Source of the DNA: the human T2T-CHM13v2.0 reference genome, Homo sapiens
NCBI RefSeq assembly: GCF_009914755.1
Contig: NC_060930.1
DNA: 64,000 nt
Reading direction: 5' to 3' (one strand)
Shown in pieces: positions 1 to 14,130 of this stretch. The position numbers and the translations under genes were made by a program. The notes under the pieces were generated by a model. The model saw only the letters and a program-made list of their open reading frames with translations. It was not told the DNA's origin and searched no databases. Positions within the stretch are counted from its first letter, which is position 1. The number at the start of each line of letters is the position of its first letter.

Positions 1-196
1 GAGCCCTGTTGAGCATAACTGTGTAGAGGTGTTGGACTCAGTTTACTCTAGCAGACCTGACCTCCGGGACCAGCCTTGAGCATCACTAGACTGGGAGCTA
101 TACTTGAACGGAAGCAGCTTCATCAACCCACAAGGAGAGACATGTGCAGGATATGCGGTGATAACCCTGGACTCTGTCGTTAAGCTGAGCTCATTG

Positions 197-1156
197 TGTG
201 GGGAAAAGCAAGAGAGATCAGATTGTTACTGTGTCTGTGTAGAAAGAAGTAGACATAGGAGACTCCATTTTGTTATGTACTAAGAAAAATTCTTCTGCCT
301 TGAGATTCTGTGACCTTACCCCCAACCCCGTGCTCTCTGAAACATGTGCTGTGTCAACTCAGAGTTGAATGGATTAAGGGCGGTGCAAGATGTGCTTTGT
401 TAAACAGATGCTTGAAGGCAGCATGCTCCTTAAGAGTCATCACCACTCCCTAATCTCAAGTACCCAGGGACACAAAAACTGCGGAAGGCCGCAGGGACCT
501 CTGCCTAGGAAAGCCAGGTATTGTCCAAGGTTTCTCCCCATGTGATAGTCTGAAATATGGCCTCGTGGGAAGGGAAAGACCTGACCGTCCCCCAGCCCGA
601 CACCCGTAAAGGGTCTGTGCCGAGGAGGATTAGTAAAAGAGGAAGGAATGCCTCTTGCAGTTGAGACAAGAGGAAGGCATCTGTCTCCTGCCTGTCCCTG
701 GGCAATGGAATGTCTCGGTATAAAACCCGATTGTATGCTCCATCTACTGAGATAGGGAAAAACCGCCTTAGGGCTGGAGGTGGGACATGCGGGCAGCAAT
801 ACTGCTTTGTAAAGCATTGAGATGTTTATGTGTATGCATATCTAAAAGCACAGCACTTAATCCTTTACATTGTCTATGATGCAAAGACCTTTGTTCACGT
901 GTTTGTCTGCTGACCCTCTCCCCACAATTGTCTTGTGACCCTGACACATCCCCCTCTTCGAGAAACACCCACAAATGATCAATAAATACTAAGGGAACTC
1001 AGAGGCTGGCGGGATCCTCCATATGCTGAACGCTGGTTCCCCGGGTCCCCTTATTTCTTTCTCTATACTTTGTCTCTGTGTCTTTTTCTTTTCCAAATCT
1101 CTCGTCCCACCTTACGAGAAACACCCACAGGTGTGGAGGGGCAACCCACCCCTACA
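197..1156 (+). mobile_element. HERV-K(HML-2) LTR5_Hs solo LTR
   Basis: Starts TGTGGGGAAAAGCAAGAGAGATCAG and ends CCCACCCCTACA; 960 bp; perfect 6-bp TSD TCATTG at 191-196 and 1157-1162. Confidence 0.95.
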
Positions 1157-2211
1157 TCATTGCTTTAATTTAGGCCTTAGAACTCAGTGAAGGTAAGACT
1201 GTAAACATTTACACTGACTCTCGGTAGGCCTGTTTAACCCTCCAAGTGCATGGAGAATTATATAAAGAAAAGGGCCTGTTAAACTTTAGGAAAAAGACCC
1301 AGAGAATGCAACTCAGCTTCAGCGTTTTCAGAGGTACCAAGAGGCACTTCTGCAGAGGCTAAGAGTTAGTAGAAAAAAAGCAATTAATATAAAAAAGATT
1401 TCAGAAGTGCTTCAAGGAGCTGACAAGAGCCTAAGTCAGTTTTATAAGAGACTCTATAAAGCATTCTGACTTTACACCCCATTTAACCCTGAGGCTGCTG
1501 AAAATCAGTATACAGTGAATACTTCATTTGTAAAGCAAGCCCAGGGTAACATCAAGCAGAAGCTGCAGGCATGAATACCACCTAGTCTTTAAAAGGTGTA
1601 TGTTAACTGTGACCAAGGAACAAAACTGGAAAGAGCAAAAGCAACAAGCATGGAAGCTAGGCACGCCAAGGATTAAGTCCCTCTCCCCAGCCTGGCTCTA
1701 AAAAAGGAGCCAGGGACTGGAGCTGGGAAAAGAGCAAAAGAAAAAGAAAGACTAAGAGTAAGTGTGAAAAAGAGAATCAGCAGAAAACAGGAGAGACAGA
1801 CAGCAGTACGCGGGGGCAGGGCCCGTGCCATTGCCCGGCCCTGCCAGCTGGCTGTAGGATCAGGGAGGAAAAAAAATTAATTAAAGTTTAAGGAAAAAAA
1901 AAAAAGGCAATCTGTTGGCAACAGCTCTTACAAAAAGAGAGATTAGCAATGTGAGGGATGTGGATGTGGATGTAGATGTGGAAGAAGTCAAGTTAGGCAA
2001 GGATTCAAGAGCCAGACAAGGCTAGAGAGAGATTAATGTGTGAGATGCAAAAAGAAAGGACACTAGAAAGATAAATATTCAGAAGACAATGAGGAAAGTG
2101 GCCAAGGCCGCAAGACAAAGAGGCCATCGGCCAAGGACTGCCGCACCTTGGAGGAACCAAATACTGATCTGATCAGGCTGGCAGGAGCTGAAGAATGTAA
2201 AGACTAGATCA

Positions 2212-2556
<345 letters not shown>

Positions 2557-4657
2557 TCATTAGGCTCCCAGGAGTCCATGGTCATGTTAAAAGTTAAAAG
2601 CAGCAAGATTCTACCATATCTAGATTCCAATTTCTCAATGATGGCTAAGCCACTAGATAGAGTTACAAAGCGGGGGAAGAAAAAGAACCCCTCCTGTAAG
2701 AAACTTAAACAGGAGGAAGAGTCATACCTTGTGAAAACTTGCTTATAGATATTACAGAACTGCCCCATGCCGGAGGCTATTGGTACATGCTAGTGCTTGT
2801 TTGCACCTTTTCAGGGTCAGTTAAAGCTTTCCCCACCAGGACAGAAAAAGTACAAGAAGTAATTAAAGTACTTTCAAAAGACATTATCCCCAGGTTTAGA
2901 CTGCCTCTAACTTTAAAGTCAGACAATAGGCCAGCATTTGTAGCTAAAACAGTGCAAGATTTAACAAGACTGTTAAAAATAAAATAGAAGTTACACACAG
3001 CCTATCGGCCACAAAGTTCAAGAAAAGCTGGAAAGCATGAACCAGACACTCAAGCAGCTACTGAAGAAATATTGCCAGGAAATTCATTTAAGATAAAATC
3101 AGGTTTTTGCCTATGGTCCTCCTCCGAGTCAGGTGCACCTCCACCAAACAAATTAGGTATTTGCCCTATACGATTTTGTTCAGTCGGCCACCCCCAAATC
3201 ATAGGTCAAATTAAAGATGACCTCCAGGAACTAAAGGAATTAACTTTAAGAAAGCAAATGCAGGCTTTAGAAATAGCCATACAAAGTGTTCATAATTAAA
3301 TAAATAAAAATGCCTATAAGCCTGACACCCCTTTAAATCTAGTAACTCTGTTTTAAGTTAAAAAGTAAAATCTAATTTTTCTAGGACCCATATAGGATGG
3401 GCCCTTTACTGTAATCTTGTCCACTCCCACTGCTGTTAAAGTTGCAGGTGTTGTGTCTTAGATCCATCACAGTCAGCTAACACTGGCAGCTCAGGACAAG
3501 TAGACCAGCCAGCAGGACACAGATCATCCAACCCAGCTGATCCTGAGACGAGACCAAGCTGCTGCTGAGGACGACAGCCCTGCTCTGGTCACTCTGGAGG
3601 CTGACCAGTCTATTCACGGCTGAAGCTTGAAGAAACAACAAGCCCTGCTCTAGTCACACACCGGCAGCTGACTAGTCTATGCACGGCCAAAGTTTGAAGA
3701 CTCATCAAGCAAGTAAATGTAGTTTAAAATCTTAAGATTAATAGTTTTCCTGTAATACTGACTGCTTTCCTATTGTTCTGTTGCTGTATTCAACCTTTTT
3801 CCCGGGCAAGGACCTCTTTTTTCCTTGCTGGATATGAATATACTGTATATTGTTTTGTTGTTGTTACCCCCCATAACCGTGCTAGAAGAAAGACCTATAT
3901 AAGGTTTCCCCACCGTACACATACTACTTAGTCAGGAAACCCAGACCCGTCTGGCCCAGTAACAATTTCGAGTCTTTAAGTCATTCTTTAAACATATAAA
4001 CCAGAAGTTACCAGAGCCTCCTCCTTTAGCAAAAAACAAACAAACAAACAAACAAACAATAAAACCTATTTGCTCAGCTGGCTGAAAACATTGCTGGCAG
4101 CCTAGTCATTTCCTCATGTTATGTTTATTAAAAGGCTAACATGAGAAACCAATGGTCTTGAGAAGCAAAAGAGTTAATGCCTCAAGATAACTTTGCTTTA
4201 ACAGACTCTTTCCCTAAACAGACACCCACAAGTTCAAGCATCTGGCTCTTAAAAACTTCTATTATTAAAAAATACTGTGTTGCTCACTAGGAAAAAAGCT
4301 TTTAAGACCCAGTAAAAGAACTAACCTGCTTAGGACATGACAAAGTTGGCACATGTGCCTGTACAGGTTTAGTGCAGGTTTAATCCTAGGTCTTTATTTA
4401 GAAAATAGTTTCCAGCTATAAGATAATTTAAAACCCTCATTGTAAGTATATTACTAGTAATAGACGCTTGCTGCTCCCCTGTGTATTACACTTGCTCCTT
4501 CAAATGATAAAAGGTTTTGTAGCTACCATTGTTTGTCAGAAAACTTCAGCATAAGTGTATTACATAAAACACTATCACTCTGTCTCAGAAAGAGACTCAG
4601 AAAGTAAAAATAAAAGTGAGAACTCCCACTAATTAGTGAAATTCTCAAAGGCGGGGA

Positions 4658-5146
4658 TAAGGAAGGAGACCGCTACTACTCCTGCTGCCCTCCTCCCCCA
4701 ACCTTGCCTAGTTCACAAGACAGGAGGAAAGAGAGAAAGCAAAAAGTTGGAAAAAAACAAAAGTAAGATAAATAGCCAGACAATCTTGGCACCACCACCT
4801 GGCCCTAGGAGTTAAAAAACTAATAATAATAATAATAACATCAACCGCTGACCTAAACTACTTGTGTTGTCTGTAAATTCCAGACATTGTATGAAAAAGC
4901 ATTGCAAACTTTCTGTTCTGTTAGCTGATACATGTAGCCCCCAGTCACATTCCCCACGCTTGCTCGATTTATCACGACCTTTTCACATGGACCCTTAGAG
5001 TTGTAAGCCTTTAAAAAGGCCAAGAATTTCTTTTTCAGAGAGCTCGGCTCTTAAGACACAAGTCTGCTGATGCTCCCGGCTGAATAAATCTCTTCCTTCT
5101 TTAATCCAGCGTCTGAGGAGTTTTGTCTGCAGCTCGTCCTGCTACA
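4658..5146 (+). mobile_element. LTR2-family 3' LTR (LTR2B/2C-like) of the Harlequin-type provirus
   Basis: Follows the PPT; starts TAAGGAAGGAGACC, has AATAAA near 5083 and ends GCTCGTCCTGCTACA, as in LTR2-family LTRs. Confidence 0.8.
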
Positions 5147-5606
5147 GTTCTACTTTGAAAATGCACCATATTAAACTCTTTAATGATTAAGTTAGTATCT
5201 CTATTAAGGCCAGCTCCCAGACGGCTTTATGTTGAGACTAACTGTCTGAGCTCTCCCACACCAGATCTGAAACATCAGAGAGAAACTCTCTCTCCTTAGA
5301 GCAAAATGTTTAGAATTACACAGGGTGAAATAGACCTATCAACCCTAAAGGAATGAATTAGTGAAGATTAGGAATACACACCCCTGGATAAAAAATATCT
5401 ATGTTGATAATCAAAAAAAGCAAGCTAAAAAGCAAAACATCTTGGCTGAGAAAATGCAAGCAGATGTAATTTTTAATCCAAGCTGTTCATTCTTATTATT
5501 TTAAAATATTGTTTCTTTAACTGGAACCTTGACCTCTAAACTGTATGTGCAGCATTAGTGGTTGGTACTGGGACTTGCTGATAATTCAATTTTAAAATCA
5601 AATGAA

Positions 5607-5913
<307 letters not shown>

Positions 5914-6160
5914 TTAAAAAACCATACTTCAAAATGGACACTTCACTTCTTTAACGTTTTTACTATTCAACTATTATCAAATATGTAGCTTGTATAATAT
6001 ACCTAGTTAGAACGAAGATTTGATGTATAAATCAGTTTCAGCTTTTTTTTTTCACCATTTGGAAAAAATAAGATACTCCAGAAAAATTCAACTTTCCCTC
6101 CCACTGAGTTACCAAAGGGGGGAAAAATTGATTAGAATGTGTCTTCTTTGCTTCTGCTGA

Positions 6161-6495
<335 letters not shown>

Positions 6496-7374
6496 AGGAA
6501 CAGTGTCTTTAAAAGAAGCAAAGAAAACAAGTAAAATGCAAGAAGGAAAAAACAAAAGTACCCGCTCTTTGTAGAATGAATATAATTCATAGTACCCCAA
6601 ACATGTTTTAATTAAAAATGAATTTTTATACCACCAAAACTGTAACTTTTTGAATGGTGATAAAAATGTACCGTATCCTCTCAAACAAAAGGTTGCTATA
6701 ATTGCAAAAATAATAACCATATTTTGTTTGGAAACAATTTGAGTAAAAGATCTCATCCTAAATTTGCAAACTGGGAACTGCCCAAATCAGAGCTGAATTC
6801 ATGGCAGACCAGGAAGAAGTGCTGTTCACATCCAGTTCTCTGGAGCCACTAATGGAGAGGGGTATGGGCCCAAGGATAACAAGGCCATCCCTGCCAGGGC
6901 TGCTCAAGATCTGATTATCAAGAGATGGCCAAGGGCCAGCCATGTAGCCAGGAAGGCTGAGCAAGCAGATGAGTCATGTGCCAGGCAATATCTATACAAT
7001 GTGGAGAGTACTAATGTCTTCATTTTAGAAATGAGGGTCACACAGATAAAAACTTGCTTAGTCATCCATCTGGTAAGTGAAAGAGCCAGATCCCACATCT
7101 TTCCAGTGTCAAAGTCCATGCTTTTTTTGTTATATCATATGCCTCTCCCCCAGAGTAAAAGGGAAGAAGCAAATTGTGATCTTGGGCTTGAAGAGAACAT
7201 GAACAAAAGACACCATTCCCGGAAGTGAGTGAGGGTCTCAAATCTGAAGCAGACAGAGATGGGGGGTAAGGATCCTTACGTACAGAGAGCAAACAGGGGA
7301 TGCAAGATCATAGAACATTCTCACATCTGGAGAGAACCCGAGACTGTGTTTGGAAAGATGAATGATAACACAAG

Positions 7375-7525
7375 GCAGTGTTGCAAACTTTAATGGGTAC
7401 ACAAGTCACCGGGGGATCTTGCCAAAATGCAGATGCTGATTCAGTAAGGCTGGGGTGGGACCTGAAACTGCATTTCTAACAAGTTCCCAGGTGCTGCCCA
7501 TGCTGCTGGTCCAGGGCCACACTGT
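7375..7525. mobile_element. MER5A-like hAT MITE
   Basis: AAAATGCAGATGCTGATTCAGTAAGGCTGGGGTGGGACCTGAAACTGCATTTCTAACAAGTTCCCAGGTG is typical of the MER5A core. Confidence 0.7.
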
Positions 7526-9536
7526 GAGTAATGAGTGTAAACAATGTAAGCCAAATGGGCGGTTCAGACACAAGCGCTCTCTGCAGGTGAAGCCCTCCAC
7601 ACCAGGTGGGGGACAGAAGGCGCTTATGGACAGCAGCTGAGAAATCACAGCCATCAGTGCTTCAGACACAAAGGCCTGCAGAATGCCTGTGATTTTTTGT
7701 TGCTGATATAGTTCAACTGTGGTTCGTACTGTTTTACTTCGCAAAAGGCATACAATGGTACCTTTGACCAGAATTGTTGACCTGGGAGTGTTATCTCTTT
7801 TCTATTGGCTGAAATGTTTTAAAATTTCCAATCGTGGTTAAACTACCCATGAGGCTTCAGAGTGTTTATTTACTTGTAGGCATTTGTGTTAAAGGATGGA
7901 GAGGCTCTCACTCTGCCTCTCCTTCTCCAGAGTAAAGGAACTCTTTCCCCACAATTCCACTTTTCAAAGCTTAATTCTTTGTGAAGTACAAGCAGCAGGA
8001 CTGAACTGTGGGACCAGACATGGAGGGGCTGGTAAGAAGCAAATCCCAACTGGACCAGGCCTGAGCACATATTCAGGAGGAGGGAGGCTTTCCTGCCCAG
8101 GACCAGCAATGAGGCTTCTATTGAATGTACCTCTGTTCCTGATTTGAAGGACTTCGACGTCCTATTTGATGGCTCAGAGGCAGATACAGTCTTCCGGCCT
8201 GCCAGTAAAAGTCTCTGCTCCTCCTTTCTAGGTTTGGAAAGAAAGGGGAAGAACTGCAATTTATTGAAGGTCTGCTGTGTGCCAGGCATTGTGTCTAATC
8301 CATCACTTGATTAACAGACACACACACACACACGCACACAAGTACATGTCGAAGAAAGAGTCAGAAAGCAGCCTCTGGTTTTTCATTTTGGTTGAACTCA
8401 TTTCATTTGTGGGCATCAATGTCTGTCCTTAGAGTCTACAGATAAACCAGACCCTTCAAGGACATCTTTTTGTCTTTTTTGATGTGGATGCCCTGATTAA
8501 ACTGGAGATGATTTTGGAAATAGCTCATGAAAATTTACTTGAAGAGGCTTTGCAATTTCATTCCCAGAAGAGGCTGAGGGTTGCACCCCCCTTCACCAGA
8601 GGTATCTCCACTGTGTCTCCAGGGTATCACCTGATTTGATGAGCTCTGGCTTCCCTTCCAGTCCTGGGGCTCCCCTGTCTGTATGTTTTATACTTCACAG
8701 GGCACTTTATCACTACACAGAGGTACTCTCTATGATGCCTTCTGAGAAGAAGAAATGTAACTAAATTATAGTTTTAAATTCATCCACAAAGACCTGAAAA
8801 GAAAATGTAATTAACTAGATTATTGGATTCTTTTGCAATTGTAAAGGGAAATGGGGGCATTTAGAATTCTGGGAAATAGCAACTACTTTTAAGTGTACAT
8901 TACAGCTCTATGAACAGGTAACATGGCTTAAGTAACACTTGAGAATTCTCCACATCCCCCCTCCCATTTGTACTGGCATCTTTGTTATGCACAGTCTAGT
9001 AACAATGCAGATCCTTCCCTGACCTTCCTCTGCTAGAGTAATTGACAAGAGGCACCTGGAGTCAGGACGGCCTGTGCTCAAACTGTCTTTCAAGCACATA
9101 CTGGATCTATGATTGTGGAAAGTTACTTAACATCTTTGGGACCTACTTATAAGGTACTTGTGAAGATTAAGTAAGAGGTAAAATCTGCTTAGTGCAAACC
9201 TAGGCACAGATCAGGCCCTCAAAAACCGTGGCCATGAGGCTTATTGTTTCATTAACAATGGAAGAGGCTGTGGAAAGAGAATTTAAGAGTACACACTGAA
9301 GAGTGGAAATGGAAAGTGTGAAAAAGATAAACATGAAAGTCAAAATTTTAAATTAGAATTCTTTTTATATGTATTTTCAAAAAATTTAAATGAGATCACT
9401 TAAATATAGCTAACATCTCAAATTTTAATTTTTGAAAAGTTAACTAAACCTTACTATATTTTTAAATTTCTATTTATTTATTTAAATTCTTTGCATGAAA
9501 ATACATTCAGCTTTTGTGTGTTTGGAATACAATTAA

Positions 9537-9848
<312 letters not shown>

Positions 9849-10477
9849 TAATGCTTTAGATGATCACTATAAACAGGACCCAAATTATTTGAAAATAAGG
9901 TAATTAATTATTTTTGCTGAAGTTAGAATAAATTTTGTGGAATGAAAAAAAGAAAGAGACAACTAATGTGTTAATTTGGTTAATAAATATTGTTAAAATA
10001 AATTAAAAAACAAGGTAATCTAAGTTTAAAAAATGAAATATAATAAAGATTTTTATACTTAAAAAAAAGAAAATAGAAAGTATGGATGAGAGAGGTGCGT
10101 GGGTTGCCTCCACAGACCGTGGATAGCTACTGTCTCAGAAGTTTAGAAGTCTGGCCAGGAAGCCAGCCTAAATGCACCTGGCAGATCCTGGGGATGCTGT
10201 GAGGGAGAATGGGGCCACACAAGCAGATCTACCACCTGAGGACTCTTGAAGTTATCCACCACCACTACCTGGAAAGCAAACTGCTCCTCTGGCCCCTTTC
10301 TGGGCTGCTGGCCTGGTGGCCCTGGCTGGTTAGAATGCTCTCACCTGGGCTGAGCCAAGCAGGGAGGTCCTTGCAGGACTGGATTCTTGAATGTTATTGG
10401 AGGCCATGCTGGGAAACAAGGTGAAATACTCTCTCTCCTCAGCTGGCATCTGGATCTTTCTAAAGTCTTGTGCTTTA

Positions 10478-10518
10478 CAGATGAGATCGGGCATGTTCAG
10501 GGTGGTATGGCTGTAGAC
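10478..10518 (-). pseudogene. 3'-truncated (tailless) 5S rRNA retrocopy, nt 1-41
   Basis: The reverse complement GTCTACAGCCATACCACCCTGAACATGCCCGATCTCATCTG matches the 5S rRNA 5' end with 4 differences, all CpG decay. Flanked by 18-bp direct repeats AAAG(T/C)CTTGTGCTTTACA at 10462-10479 and 10519-10536. Confidence 0.9.
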
Positions 10519-11189
10519 AAAGCCTTGTGCTTTACAAAGATTTGCTCTTACCCCTTGAAGAGAAAGCTGCCTGGGGCCTGGCATGAGTAGGCCTGGCTTC
10601 TCACCCTAGTCATGGTCACGTCTCTGGGAACCTAGGTCCCCAGCTTCTCAGGGCCTCAATTTCCTCACCTGTACAAACTATAATGATCACATGTCTCTTG
10701 GAGGGTTATTGAAAGGATTAAATTATATAATGGATATAGAGTACCTAGAAGAGAGCCTGGACTATAGAAAGTGCCCAATAAATATTACTTTTCTCCATGA
10801 TATTTGTCTAAAGCAATCTCTATGTGGTGTAATTAAAGCATGAAGGACCCTTTATTCCTGATACAACCATACCTATTTCCTGGTACCTGAAATTCCTTTT
10901 AGAAAAGACAAAGTTGTTTTTTGTTTTTTTGTTTTTTTTTTACAAGTAAATATGAAGTACAAAGAACAAATTGTTCAGAGAGGTTCCATAAATCTGAGAA
11001 CTAATCATGAAGGGGAAGAGCATTGCAGTTAAAGAAGCCAGAAAGAACAGACTCCCAAATAGCATCTCAGGCAAAGACGGCCACATCCTGTTGGGCCGTC
11101 AAGTTCAGGGACTGTGTGTCAGCTCTGCAGGTCCTGAAACACAATGGGACAAAGTGCTTCTGGGGGTAACACAACAGGAGGAAACTTAC

Positions 11190-11585
11190 TTCCATTAAAA
11201 ACACCCAAAACAGCCTTAAAGAGGAATACAATTCTATTACATGCCACAACATGGATGAACCTTGAAAACATGCCGAGTGAAATAAGCCAGAAACAAAAGG
11301 ACAAATATTGTATGATTCCACTTACACGAGCTACCTACAATAGGCAAATTCACAGAGATCACAACTAGTCCCTGGTCCCCACCAGGGGCTGTGGGGAGGA
11401 GAAAATGGGGAGCCATTGTTTAATGGGTAGAGAGTTTTAATCTGATGTGATGAAATAGTTCTGGAGATGGATGGGAATGGTGGTGATAATTGCACAATAA
11501 TGTCAATGTACTTAATACCACTTACTGTACACTTGAAAATGGTTAAAATGGTAAATTTTATGTTATGTGTATTTTATCACAATCA
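11190..11585 (+). mobile_element. Old L1 (L1MB-like) 3' end
   Basis: ACAACATGGATGAACCTTGAAAACATG..CAAATATTGTATGATTCCACTT..AAAATGGTAAATTTTATGTTATGTGTATTTTATCACAAT. Confidence 0.75.
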
Positions 11586-12188
11586 CATACATACATACAC
11601 ACTAGGTATATACAAATAGCAATATCAGTTGTTTAACAAGAAGAGCATAATTGCCCAGAAAATAAGAGCGCACCTGAGGACCAGCTAACACACTCTCAAC
11701 CCTGGAGAAAACTCTACAAGTGAGGCTGTGATAAGTACAGAATCCAAACTAGGAAAGTGGCAGGATGTTGAGAGCTGGCTTGACTCATGAAATGATAAAC
11801 TCGGGGCCCACCATCAGCCCTGCAAGAGCAAATTCCCAACCTTTCACAAATTGGCAGAGACAAGAAATGGTAATATGTGTAAGTCCTGGGTGTAAACCCG
11901 GAGGCTGCTCCAGCTTCCCCAAGGGCTGAGATGATTGATACCTTGGCCCTCTGCAACCCTTCCAGGGCACACGAGTTCTGTGGTAGGAGCCCAGAATATT
12001 CATTATGTGCAAGTGCTAGAACAGTCTGCAAATTCCTGCCCTTTAGCCCCTTTTCGTGGCACACTGCTGTACAAAACTGTTAATTGAAGTATAGCTTACT
12101 TTTGCATTAAATCCTGTTTTCTTGAGATCATACCTCAGAGTACTTAACTGATCTAGGAGTCTCTGAAATCTTTTCCACAGCACCTTGG

Positions 12189-12611
12189 TGATATGGTTTA
12201 GAGCTGTGTCCCCACCAAATCTCATGTTGAATCATAACCTCCATTGTTGGAGGTGGGGTCTGGTGGGAGGTGAATGGATCATGGGGGTGGATTTCTCATG
12301 AATGGTTTAGCACCATTCCCTTGGTTCTGTCCTTACCATGGTGAGGGAGTTCTCAAGAGATCTGGTCATTTAACGGTGTGTGGCACCTCCCCGCTCCCTT
12401 TCTTGGTCCTGCTTTGGCCATATGAGGTGGACCCCCTTCGTCTTCTACCATGATCGTAAGTTTCCTAAGGCCTCCCCAGAAACCAAGCAGATGCCATCAT
12501 GCTTCCCATACAGCCTGCAGGTAGGAATGTGAGCCAATTAAACCATTTTTTCTTTATAGATTACCCAGTATCAGGTATTTCTTTATAGCAATGTGAGAAC
12601 AGACTAATACA
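12189..12611 (+). mobile_element. MaLR MST-type solo LTR
   Basis: TGATATGGTTT...GACTAATACA termini; 5-bp TSD CTTGG at 12184-12188 and 12612-12616. Confidence 0.85.
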
Positions 12612-13018
12612 CTTGGTGAACTCTGTTTGGCTGGTGATGTCTGTGATGCCTTGTTTCATTTGCTGGTGAGAGATGGAGCTACAGGGTTAGGAGGGAAATT
12701 CTGCTGGACCTTCCTGATTCAGGAAGAAAGAGCCACAAGAAGAAGGCCCAGGAGCACTGTCTTGGCATTGTGGGTTCAAGCCAGTGCTACTGTGCAGAAG
12801 TAAAATAGACCAGGACCAGAAGATCAGTGACTGCCTGGGGCCAGGGGTGGGAGCAGCATTTGGCAAGAACAAGGACACTTTGGTTGGGGTGAGGAGACTG
12901 TTCCAAAACTGGAGTGAAGAGATGGTTGCACAAATATATACATTTACTAAAAATCATGAAACACTATAATAAATAAATAAATTGTACCTCAAAAATGCTG
13001 TTTAAAAAATAGACATGT

Positions 13019-14130
<1,112 letters not shown>

